Origin: Bacteroidales bacterium
GTDB taxonomy: Bacteria > Bacillota > Clostridia > Lachnospirales > Lachnospiraceae
Direction of reading: 5' to 3'
DNA length: 64,000 nucleotides
Assembly: GCA_023664535.1 (NCBI GenBank)
Contig: JAMPFJ010000010.1
Location: 9,060 to 73,059, forward strand
In this document: one piece after another, positions 39,524 through 47,555 of the stretch
How positions within the stretch are numbered: the first letter of the stretch is position 1
How the letters are laid out: the number at the start of each line of letters is the position of its first letter
The notes under the pieces: model-generated
Database searches by the model: none
What the model was told of the DNA's origin: nothing
Seen by the model: the letters and a program-made list of their open reading frames with translations, nothing else
Translations under genes and position numbers: made by a program

Positions 39524-39799
39524 AGGCATCACCCCCATTCTTTTGGAATGAGGTCAACGCACCCTGTAACACGATTGTCCCATGTGATAATTGTAACACG
39601 TTCTCTTGGTTCTGACAATTCATATAAGCATTAAAACAAACTATTTGAGTATTTCTACCCACTAAAAAACACCGTCTTTTCTTTGATAACCGTATTATAC
39701 AAAAGTCTTACGCAAGACACAAAATTTTTATGCTCTTACTTGTGTGCTACGCTTCAAAATCCTGCACTTTTTACCACAATTTCAAAAAACACAGACATA

Positions 39800-39834
39800 A
39801 AGAAAACCCTTGAAAATACTGGACTTTCAAGGGT
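39800..39834 (-). terminator. Rho-independent terminator downstream of the zeta-like kinase gene
   Basis: Minus-strand hairpin cccttgaaa/tttcaaggg followed by TTTTCT. Confidence 0.7.
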
Positions 39835-39986
39835 CTCATAAAACTTCTTATTCTGTATAAAATTATCGTTTTGATAGTTTCAAGCCCCTAATTTCCGGCA
39901 TTTTCAAGGCATTTGTCAGTTATGTGTCACTTACCTATAACATTTTGTAATGTTTCACAGAATCTCGCAGCCCGAACTCTATATCG

Positions 39987-40553
39987 CTACCTTGTATCCT
40001 CTGCAAACCTTTTATACCAAACTGGTGTATTATGTGACACCCTTACCGGAGTTCCATTTTTATAAATCGCAAATCTGCGAAACTCTAATGTATTGTCATA
40101 AAATGCCGCCAAATCACATTGGGGCAAAATGAATTTTAAATTATAAAATGTTTCAACATATCTTCTTTCAATATCTTTCTCCGCAATACCATGCCCGCCT
40201 TGTTTTACCCGTTCCAATACCCGCTTTTTCGCAATATCCACATTTTCAACCCCAATATAGTGGAGTTCAATAAAATAGCCTCTTTTCTTAGCCTTTTCGA
40301 TATTATTTAAAATAGATTTTCCACATAATGTAGTTTCCTGATTAAAGGTGATACCTTCATCGAAATACCCGGAAATTTTCTTTACTGCAATTTTTCCGGC
40401 AGCCATAACATCGCACATGTTCCTCCAATCGCCGAATTCTCTTAATATTTCATCCGTATTTACCCTCGGCATATCCTGCAGACTCTGTAGCAACTGATAT
40501 AAAGTTGATTTCCCTGCCCCATTGACACCCGCTATCAGTATATATTTTTTCAC
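39987..40553 (-). CDS. zeta-toxin-like P-loop kinase (AAA/zeta family)
   Basis: 188 aa with Walker A GVNGAGKST at residues 9-17. Its size and layout are typical of short zeta-toxin-family proteins. The GTG start overlaps the stop of the upstream small ORF. Confidence 0.65.
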   Translation of the reverse strand: MKKYILIAGVNGAGKSTLYQLLQSLQDMPRVNTDEILREFGDWRNMCDVMAAGKIAVKKISGYFDEGITFNQETTLCGKSILNNIEKAKKRGYFIELHYIGVENVDIAKKRVLERVKQGGHGIAEKDIERRYVETFYNLKFILPQCDLAAFYDNTLEFRRFAIYKNGTPVRVSHNTPVWYKRFAEDTR

Positions 40554-40732
40554 TAGAAGAGCTTCCTTTCTATTACCTGGCGTTGCTTCCTTTGCAGCAG
40601 AAAATCACCCACCATCTCATAAAAACTTCTTTGCTCTTCTGTTTCTGCCTCTAAAACAAGCTGTAGCGTATCTTCTGGCTCCAGACTTTTTATATCTTCA
40701 TAAATTTTTTCATATTTCTTTACATCACACAC
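40553..40732 (-). CDS. 59-aa acidic helical protein, putative cognate antitoxin of the zeta-like kinase
   Basis: GTG at 40732 lies 4 nt after GAGGTGA, with an in-frame TGA just upstream. Product (M)CDVKKYEKIYEDIKSLEPEDTLQLVLEAETEEQRSFYEMVGDFLLQRKQRQVIERKLF. Its stop TAG overlaps the kinase GTG (TAGTG). Confidence 0.45.
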   Translation of the reverse strand: MCDVKKYEKIYEDIKSLEPEDTLQLVLEAETEEQRSFYEMVGDFLLQRKQRQVIERKLF

Positions 40733-40795
40733 ACAATCACCTCATATAAATTGTTCATAGACATTATTATAACCTAAATTCCCTTAAATGTTAAG

Positions 40796-40825
40796 ACAAA
40801 AACTCCGCAGGAAAAACCTACGGAG
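40796..40825 (-). terminator. Rho-independent terminator of the rplM-rpsI operon
   Basis: Minus-strand hairpin ctccgtagg/cctgcggag (one G-U pair) followed by TTTTTG, 28 nt after the rpsI stop. Confidence 0.8.
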
Positions 40826-40853
40826 TCTGTTTTCGTATTTGTATATCCGTTTC

Positions 40854-41249
40854 CTATCTCTTCGAGAACTGCGGAGCTCTTCTCGCTGCCTTCAAACCAT
40901 ACTTCTTTCTCTCTTTCATTCTGGAATCACGAGTAAGATATCCGGCTTTCTTTAATGCAGGACGGTTATCCGCATCTGCCTCCAATAATGCTCTGGAAAT
41001 ACCATGACGGATAGCACCCGCCTGTCCGGTAAATCCACCACCGCGTACATTGACAAGTACATCATATTTACCAACTGAATTGGTTACTACAAACGGCTGA
41101 TTAACAATTACCTTCAAGGTATCCAGACCAAAATAATCATCCATATCTCTTTTATTGATTGTCACTTTACCTGTACCAGGTGTTAAGTATACTCTTGCAA
41201 CACTACTTTTTCTTCTACCAGTTCCGTAAAATTTCGCTGTTTTAGCCAC
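40854..41249 (-). CDS. rpsI: 30S ribosomal protein S9
   Basis: [14 protein letters not shown] motif and C-terminal PQFSKR. The GTG start at 41249 lies 8 nt after TAAGGAGG. Confidence 0.96.
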   Translation of the reverse strand: MAKTAKFYGTGRRKSSVARVYLTPGTGKVTINKRDMDDYFGLDTLKVIVNQPFVVTNSVGKYDVLVNVRGGGFTGQAGAIRHGISRALLEADADNRPALKKAGYLTRDSRMKERKKYGLKAARRAPQFSKR

Positions 41250-41266
41250 TGCTTTGTCCTCCTTAA

Positions 41267-41701
41267 TCAATACTTAATCTCTAACTCTTTAGGCTGCTGT
41301 GCCTGATGTTTATGTTCCGGACCAGCATATACATGAAGCTTGGTAATCATCTCTCGTCCTAAAGGTCCCTTTGGAAGCATACCCTTAACTGCTTTACGAA
41401 TGACTTCTTCCGGCTTCTTAGCTAAAAGCTCTCTTAATGTTGTCTCTTTCAGACTTCCAACATAATCTGAATGGCTGTAATATATCTTCTGGTCTAATTT
41501 CTTACCAGTTACTTTAATCTTCTCTGCATTGATTACCACTACGTAATCACCGGTATCCATATGCGGAGTATATGTCGGCTTATTCTTTCCTCTTAAAATA
41601 CTTGCGATTTCCGATGCTAAACGTCCTAATGTATGTCCTGTAGCGTCAACTACATACCACTCTCTGTTAATTGTTGATGGGCTTGCCATATAACTCTTCA
41701 T
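41267..41701 (-). CDS. rplM: 50S ribosomal protein L13
   Basis: [19 protein letters not shown]-terminus. 144 aa. Confidence 0.97.
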   Translation of the reverse strand: MKSYMASPSTINREWYVVDATGHTLGRLASEIASILRGKNKPTYTPHMDTGDYVVVINAEKIKVTGKKLDQKIYYSHSDYVGSLKETTLRELLAKKPEEVIRKAVKGMLPKGPLGREMITKLHVYAGPEHKHQAQQPKELEIKY

Positions 41702-41923
41702 GGTGTTCCTCCTTAAAATAATCCAATTAAATTCCGCTGCCCTTTACTTCTCCACCCTGTCCGCAGGCTTCCCCGCAAAGCAGCAACGCTCCATTCCTTG
41801 ACGTATACATCACTCTCATTCCAAACGAAGTGGGTTAAACGCTTGAAAATCAAGCAACAGCTGAACGATAAACCGATCGGGGCTATGACCTTTTTATCCG
41901 TCCACCTACCGTCACAGTTAAAT
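41702..41923 (-). promoter_or_regulatory. long 5' leader of rplM (possible L13-leader-type autoregulatory RNA)
   Basis: About 220 nt lie between a consensus promoter and the rplM RBS. The leader is GC-richer and shows internal complementarity. L13 leaders are described in Firmicutes, but no covariance model was run. Confidence 0.35.
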
Positions 41924-41952
41924 ATTATATTATAAATGGATACCACTGTCAA
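41924..41952 (-). promoter_or_regulatory. consensus sigma-A promoter of rplM-rpsI
   Basis: On the minus strand: TTGACA (41952-41947), a 17-nt spacer, TATAAT (41929-41924). Confidence 0.8.
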
Positions 41953-42013
41953 CGAATTTTTTCCGAAAAATCAATATTTTCAACATCCTGAAACCGGCAT
42001 AAAACCACCGCTT

Positions 42014-42544
42014 CTACAACAAAAGAACCTCATCCAAGATGTAGTATAGCACACACAGTCCCGCCACAATCACTGCCATCACACCGATTACTTTCAGAAT
42101 AACCCGAAGCAATGCCAGATTATCCTTTTTTACCTCCTCTTCCGTCAGTTTTTCATCAACAAAAGAGTCCGTCGAAGACTTTTCCCCCGCAGAGGGAGCG
42201 CCCCATTTATTCTCCCCCACAGACGGCTTCTTCAAAACCAGTATCAGCAAAATAAAACCTATCACCAATGGGGATAAAACCATGCAGAGCAGCAGGTACC
42301 AGCCGCTCTTTCCGGCATCGTGCATGCGCCTTACCATGCAGCTGAGCATGGGAATCATCGAACATGCAGCAAAAAAACTCCATAAACCGGTAAGCACATT
42401 CTCCCATTCCATATAACTCATAATCAAAATCGGAAGCAGGGCAAAGATAACATGGGGCGCCATTTCTTTTGCCCATTCCTCTTTTGCTGCTCTTCCTTTA
42501 AAATCAAAGCTGTTCAGCCATGACCTTTTATATGCTCCTAACAT
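42014..42544 (-). CDS. DUF805-family inner membrane protein
   Basis: Motif RRMHDAGKSGWY between TM helices, with an extra C-terminal TM anchor. Confidence 0.75.
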   Translation of the reverse strand: MLGAYKRSWLNSFDFKGRAAKEEWAKEMAPHVIFALLPILIMSYMEWENVLTGLWSFFAACSMIPMLSCMVRRMHDAGKSGWYLLLCMVLSPLVIGFILLILVLKKPSVGENKWGAPSAGEKSSTDSFVDEKLTEEEVKKDNLALLRVILKVIGVMAVIVAGLCVLYYILDEVLLL

Positions 42545-42610
42545 TTCTTTCCTCCTTCATGCAATCCTTATTAACTTGTTCCTTCATTTCGGATATTTAA
42601 ATCTGCCCGC

Positions 42611-44011
42611 TTAATCCATCACCAAAACCCTGCACGGATTATGCCGCATCAATTTTTTCGTATCGTACAGCTTATCAAAACTATCGCTTTTCAATAGGCA
42701 AATATACTCTCCCCGTACTTCGCATTCCTCTTCCGGCAGCAAAACGTGATTCCCAAATTCTATGGAATAGACGGTTTCCAGCTCCTTTTCCAAGCCCGCC
42801 TTTTGCCCGTTTATCCATAGACTGTACTTCTCTCCCTCATGCTGCTCCAAAAGGCTGTCCTCCTCTAACACAAGCTGCCGTTCTTCGTCTCCAAACTTTA
42901 TCATTAACGGTATGTCCTGTACCACCGCATCAATTTCTTCCCGGCAATCCTCTATCCGCCGGAATCCGCACTTCGCCATTTTGGAAAAGGAAATAAAGAA
43001 CATAATTGACTGTTGGTCCATCTGTACGGCCTGATAATCTTCATATCTGTATTTTTTGCTTTTATATTGTATATTTTCAAGAACCCGGCTCATATTTTCC
43101 CTTGTCGGCTTCTCCAATTCATAACGCACCACCCACTCATTTAAGCAGGGAAGCTGCTCCATTACCTCACATATCGGATGCTCCCTGTTTTCCGGCGCAC
43201 AAAAACAACACAGCGTCACCAAAAACAGCACGGTAAATAAAACTATGTTTCCCCCAGGAGAACCATAATTTTCCTTTCCCATATTTTCAATTCTTCTTTT
43301 CAGATTTCCCTTATCCAGAGAAACGCCGGTTGTTATATTCTGAATATAACTTTTCGGATTCTTTGCCGCCATAGCCACCAGACATTTTCCGTATTCCATC
43401 TGTGCCTGATTATTTTCTTCCCGCAGAACCTGGTAATCACAGGCGACTTCAAAATCCTCCACGCAGCAGCGTGCAGCATACCAGATAAGGGGATTAAACC
43501 ATTGAACGAGCAGGCAAAGATTCCTGAGAAAGCTATACCAGTTATCTTTCGCCTGATAATGACACAATTCATGGCGGCCAATCCAGTTACACCAATCAGA
43601 GCTGTCACTTGCCAGTTTACTTATATAAATTTTCGGACAAAACAGTCCCACCAGACAGGAGCCTACCCTTCGATTCACAAAATATACCAGTAAGCCGTTC
43701 TTTCTCCCATACAACTCACGTTTTTGTTTAAGCATAAAATGAAACCGGATATTTTTACCCAAAAATACAACCAGCAAAGCAAACATTCCGCCCAGCCACA
43801 GTAGCACCCATACCGGCTCCTCCTTTACCGAAAATAAACCCTTTCCAACCGGAATTTGTACCGGAATCAACATCCGCAATGCCAAAAATCCCCATAAGCA
43901 CTTTAAAATTACAGGATGTATCCTGTCTGTAAACACTTTACGGACAAAAAGAATACAGCAGGTCAAAAAACTTACCTCGATTGTCAAGCTGCCCAGCCCT
44001 GCAATCTGCAT
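42611..44011 (-). CDS. BlaR1/MecR1-family M56 peptidase signal transducer with a non-PBP C-terminal domain
   Basis: Four N-terminal TM helices and the zinc-protease motif HELCHY. The C-terminal roughly 200 aa lack the SxxK acyl-serine motif of beta-lactam sensors. The start lies 1 nt after the blaI-like stop. Confidence 0.8.
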   Translation of the reverse strand: MQIAGLGSLTIEVSFLTCCILFVRKVFTDRIHPVILKCLWGFLALRMLIPVQIPVGKGLFSVKEEPVWVLLWLGGMFALLVVFLGKNIRFHFMLKQKRELYGRKNGLLVYFVNRRVGSCLVGLFCPKIYISKLASDSSDWCNWIGRHELCHYQAKDNWYSFLRNLCLLVQWFNPLIWYAARCCVEDFEVACDYQVLREENNQAQMEYGKCLVAMAAKNPKSYIQNITTGVSLDKGNLKRRIENMGKENYGSPGGNIVLFTVLFLVTLCCFCAPENREHPICEVMEQLPCLNEWVVRYELEKPTRENMSRVLENIQYKSKKYRYEDYQAVQMDQQSIMFFISFSKMAKCGFRRIEDCREEIDAVVQDIPLMIKFGDEERQLVLEEDSLLEQHEGEKYSLWINGQKAGLEKELETVYSIEFGNHVLLPEEECEVRGEYICLLKSDSFDKLYDTKKLMRHNPCRVLVMD

Positions 44012-44012
44012 A

Positions 44013-44384
44013 CTACCGTTCCTCTCTTTTCTGCTCGAGAATAGCCATCAGCTCGTCAATTTCTTCCTTTTCCAGGCAATCCTCTTCCACCAGGGAAGAA
44101 ACCATAAGTCCAAGCTTCCCCCGGAATACTTTATCCAGAAAACCAATACTCTCTCTTTTTCTCACCTCATCCTGCTCCAATGTCGTAAAAAAGGATTTTG
44201 CCTTTCCCACCATGCGGTACTGCACCAGACCCTTCGCCTCCATTTTTTTCAGAAAAGAAATAATTGCATGCTTGCTCCATCCTTTGCCCTCTTTCAAAAG
44301 CTGCTCCATCTGTGTAATTGTCAATTCCTCATGCTCCCATAAAAGGTCCATGAATACCCATTCCGCATCGGATATATTTGCCAT
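44013..44384 (-). CDS. BlaI/MecI/CopY-family winged-helix repressor
   Basis: MANISDAEWVFMDLLWE...ITQM..LL...WSKHAIISFLKKMEAKGLV pattern. The ATG at 44384 follows GGAGAGAG (the track start at 44432 is probably too long). Confidence 0.85.
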   Translation of the reverse strand: MANISDAEWVFMDLLWEHEELTITQMEQLLKEGKGWSKHAIISFLKKMEAKGLVQYRMVGKAKSFFTTLEQDEVRKRESIGFLDKVFRGKLGLMVSSLVEEDCLEKEEIDELMAILEQKREER

Positions 44385-44394
44385 TTTCTCTCTC

Positions 44395-45024
44395 CTATCT
44401 GCCCGTTGATAATTTTCTGATAATTGTATCATAGGGAAGCTCTTCTTCTCTGCTGAGCGTTATATCGTATGAATAACATTTCTCCGAGCTCAACGCCAAA
44501 TCCAGCTCCTGCCCAGACTGGATATAACCGCTGTTCCACAGCTCCTTTAAGCACTGCTCCAAACCGGATTCATTTTCTTCCACATCCTCCGGGACAAAAA
44601 TATCCGGGCGATAGTCATTCCCCCGATAAACCAATCCGTACTTTTCCGTATAGTACTCCAGCAACTTTTCACCATAATTGGTATACAGACCGCCGTCAAC
44701 CGTGCTGGCACTCTTCTCCCACCAGACGGAAAAAGACAGTTCCTCCCCGTCAGGAAGCTTAACCACAGCACGGTGATTTATGTATGGATTGCCCGGACGA
44801 TAAACCCTTTCATTACAAAAAACCGCTATTTCCTGCTCAAAACATACGCTTAAAAAAGCCTCTGCTTTCTCCGGCGGATATTCCAGCCTTTCCTCCTTCA
44901 TTTTCCGGTAATTTATATCTGCGCAAATGATAAGCAGGAAAACCGCTAAAACAACGTACCAAAACACGCTTATTCTGCTATATTCCGCTGCTTTTTTTCT
45001 TTCAGGATTCCGGATTTTTCCCAC
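44395..45024 (-). CDS. hypothetical N-terminally anchored membrane protein (first gene of the BlaI/BlaR1-like operon)
   Basis: 209-aa ORF with a single TM helix (ISVFWYVVLAVFLLIIC) and then a soluble domain. No motif recognised. Confidence 0.6.
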   Translation of the reverse strand: MGKIRNPERKKAAEYSRISVFWYVVLAVFLLIICADINYRKMKEERLEYPPEKAEAFLSVCFEQEIAVFCNERVYRPGNPYINHRAVVKLPDGEELSFSVWWEKSASTVDGGLYTNYGEKLLEYYTEKYGLVYRGNDYRPDIFVPEDVEENESGLEQCLKELWNSGYIQSGQELDLALSSEKCYSYDITLSREEELPYDTIIRKLSTGR

Positions 45025-45060
45025 GTACCGCTTTTCCTTTCTCCGTTTCCGGGTATTTTA

Positions 45061-45088
45061 TAATTGGTAACAATATTGTTACCAATTA
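45061..45088. promoter_or_regulatory. perfect 28-bp palindrome, candidate BlaI/CopY-type operator
   Basis: TAATTGGTAACAATATTGTTACCAATTA has an ACA-N4-TGT core similar to the TACAnnTGTA boxes of BlaI/MecI/CopY. It lies just downstream of a TTGACA -35 hexamer (45116-45111, minus strand) and upstream of the operon. Confidence 0.5.
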
Positions 45089-45153
45089 AACTATCATATC
45101 CCCATTCCATTGTCAACATTTTTATCAAAGAAAAAATTTCAGAAAATAGCACT

Positions 45154-45891
45154 TTACAAATACTCGATTTCCATCAGCGTCAGTCCGCATGCCGCCGCTT
45201 TATGACCGGCTTTTCTTCTGTCCCTCGCCTCCAATATTTCTTTTACCTGTTCCGGCGGAATCATCCCCATCCCGACCTTCATTAAAGAACCTGCGATAAT
45301 TCTTACCATATTATATAAAAAACCGTTTCCGCTAATCCGGATACGAACCGTATTGCCATCCCGGATTACCCGAATCGAATAAATTGTCCTCACTGTATTT
45401 TCCACATCCTCTTTCGGTGTACAAAAGCTCCGGAAATCATGCTCGCCAACCAGATAGTCCGCCGCACGCTGCATTTTCTCCTCATCCAGATGATAATAGA
45501 CAAAATGAGAATACAGCCGCACCATAGGGTCCGGAAACTGCGCATTATAAATACGGTATTCGTAAGTTTTTCTTGTATCGCAGTATCGCGGGTGGAAATC
45601 CTGCGGCACCTCCTCCGACCTCTGAATCCGGATATCCTCCGGCAGCAGATTATTGATGGCATAACTGATTTTTTCCGGCGGCATAGTCACATCAGCGTCA
45701 AATACCGCAACATTTCCCATGGCATGTACACCGGAATCCGTTCTGCTGGCACCGATGACTACAATATCTTCATGAAAAAACTTACTTAATGTTTTATTTA
45801 ATACCTCTTCCACGGTTATCCCATTTTTCTGTATCTGCCAGCCGCAGTAATTTGTACCGTCATAGGCAACGGTAAGCTTGATTCGTTTCAT
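45154..45891 (-). CDS. truA: tRNA pseudouridine(38-40) synthase TruA
   Basis: Full-length, 245 aa. Motifs YDGTNYCGWQIQ, catalytic RTDSGVHA and GNGFLYNMVRIIAGSL. It sits in the syntenic position after ecfT. Confidence 0.95.
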   Translation of the reverse strand: MKRIKLTVAYDGTNYCGWQIQKNGITVEEVLNKTLSKFFHEDIVVIGASRTDSGVHAMGNVAVFDADVTMPPEKISYAINNLLPEDIRIQRSEEVPQDFHPRYCDTRKTYEYRIYNAQFPDPMVRLYSHFVYYHLDEEKMQRAADYLVGEHDFRSFCTPKEDVENTVRTIYSIRVIRDGNTVRIRISGNGFLYNMVRIIAGSLMKVGMGMIPPEQVKEILEARDRRKAGHKAAACGLTLMEIEYL

Positions 45892-45956
45892 CCTTCATTT
45901 ATCCTTATCAATTCTTAATTCTACACACTTCAGGCAATCCCTTTTTACCAGATGCC

Positions 45957-46499
45957 TTACATCCCAATATCTGAAATATAGCTCTCGGTCAGCTCCATTA
46001 TCTCCTTCAGGCTGCGGAGATTTTTCTGCGTCTCCCCTTTTATTTCCAGTGAGTGGTTTCCCTCTTCAATAATATGTAACACCAAACCGCTTTCCCGGCA
46101 GTTTTGGATTATTTTTTTCGTCGTTGCCCAGGAATCACTGGTTCCGTGAAACACAATACCCGGCTGCGGATGAAAAGCAAAGGTTTCCTCCAACGGTGTA
46201 TAGTAAATATTCCGGCAGCTTAAGTTATGCCTTTTGGCATAAGCTGCCGATACTACCGTACCAATACTTTTTGAAACAAAAAGTATATCGTCATACGCAT
46301 TCCAATCGATTCCTCCCAGGCAGCTCTCCGCCTGGGTAAAAGCGCTCTCAAACGCCTCTTTTCGCGCTTTGCCCAAATTAGAATAAGCAATATTTACCGT
46401 TTCATACCCGTATTGCCCCGCAATACTCCTGCTGTAATACAGCAACGGCTTGTCAACGTGATAACCGATTCCCGGAAAAAATACTGCAATTTTCATCAT
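45957..46499 (-). CDS. small alpha/beta-fold hydrolase
   Basis: 180 aa with a nucleophile-elbow-like VSKSIG, a downstream Asp (TSDSW) and His (EGNHSL). Confidence 0.6.
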   Translation of the reverse strand: MMKIAVFFPGIGYHVDKPLLYYSRSIAGQYGYETVNIAYSNLGKARKEAFESAFTQAESCLGGIDWNAYDDILFVSKSIGTVVSAAYAKRHNLSCRNIYYTPLEETFAFHPQPGIVFHGTSDSWATTKKIIQNCRESGLVLHIIEEGNHSLEIKGETQKNLRSLKEIMELTESYISDIGM

Positions 46500-46532
46500 T
46501 CACGCCCCCATTCTGTCTTCATCTGCCGGTTG

Positions 46533-47507
46533 CTAATTCTGCATCCGGATTTGTTCCTCTTTAATCGGCGAATAGCGGATAAGCTTTTCTCCGTCCAAAT
46601 CCTCCTTGTGCATATCTACTGCGGTAATCTGATGATTGTCATAGGTGGTATAATAATATATTCCTTTGTCGGCGTTGCAGCATGAGGTATAAATCGTTAT
46701 CTCATATTTGCCCTCCTCCAATTCGCAGCATCCTCTTTGCTGGTCAACGGAATTAAGAATATGAAAAAACTGGCTGACGCTTTCCGCTTCCCCCTGCCCG
46801 GAAACCGAATTCATTTTCACAAATGCCGCACGGACAAACCGGGATTGCGAGGATAAGTCTCCCGGCAGTCCAATAGCGCCCATGCCCCGGCTGTACTTTT
46901 CCAAATTCAGTCCTTTTGCAAATCGATTTTCCGGCGTCTTTGTCGATAAATGCATATAATTATTCAGACTAAACATCTGTTTGTCAAAGGGCGGATTATT
47001 GGTTAATACCCCTACCGGATTGTCATATACTTTAATTCCCTCCTTCACAGACTCTACCGTTACCGATTCCGTACTGTCCGAGATAATCCAATGCAGCTGG
47101 GCAAGGGGAAGCCTTTCATTGAACGGAATATTCAGTAAATTTATTTTTCCCAGCAGATTACGCGCCTCTTTTACCGTGGCACACTGGCCAAGAATCCATG
47201 GAATAAATTCAAACTGCGCAATATTGTCCTTTCTTTCTTCCCTATCCCGGTATACTGCATTTCCGACAAAATTCAGACCTGCCATCCCCAGTCCCTTTTC
47301 ATTTACGGCATCATAATATAACGGATAATCCTCCGTCACATATGCCATCCCAATCATGGCGTAATGAACCTTCATTTCCTCTTTTTCAATAAAGCGGAAA
47401 CGATAATTCCTGGGCGTAATCACCACTTCGTCACCATAGGAAAATTCATAATCCAATGTTCGCCCGAAATAAAAATCCTTTGTCTGGTAAGTTGCTGCTG
47501 TACACAT
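46533..47507 (-). CDS. choloylglycine hydrolase family Ntn-hydrolase (bile salt hydrolase / penicillin V acylase type)
   Basis: N-terminal MCTAATY (Cys2 nucleophile after Met removal). The 324-aa size is typical of BSH/PVA. Confidence 0.85.
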   Translation of the reverse strand: MCTAATYQTKDFYFGRTLDYEFSYGDEVVITPRNYRFRFIEKEEMKVHYAMIGMAYVTEDYPLYYDAVNEKGLGMAGLNFVGNAVYRDREERKDNIAQFEFIPWILGQCATVKEARNLLGKINLLNIPFNERLPLAQLHWIISDSTESVTVESVKEGIKVYDNPVGVLTNNPPFDKQMFSLNNYMHLSTKTPENRFAKGLNLEKYSRGMGAIGLPGDLSSQSRFVRAAFVKMNSVSGQGEAESVSQFFHILNSVDQQRGCCELEEGKYEITIYTSCCNADKGIYYYTTYDNHQITAVDMHKEDLDGEKLIRYSPIKEEQIRMQN

Positions 47508-47555
47508 AAAAAAACCTCCTTTAATTTTGTTTATTTTAGTCTAACCAATTTATCC

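Noticed and set aside
39950-40132. 60-aa plus-strand ORF overlapping the 3' end of the zeta-like kinase gene, as a possible antitoxin.
   Set aside because: It is antisense to the kinase coding sequence and has no RBS. The co-directional, stop/start-overlapping 59-aa ORF upstream of the kinase is a far better partner.
40803-40825. Shared ccgcagg...cctacgg stem at the rpsI terminator and at 56268-56290, as evidence of a dispersed repeat family.
   Set aside because: Only about 7+7 nt are shared, and the loops and flanks differ. This is insufficient to claim homology; both are treated simply as local hairpins.
41713-41952. 79-aa minus-strand ORF from the track, upstream of rplM.
   Set aside because: It starts inside the promoter/-10 region, has no RBS and has a Cys/Trp-rich odd composition. 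The region is better explained as the rplM 5' leader.
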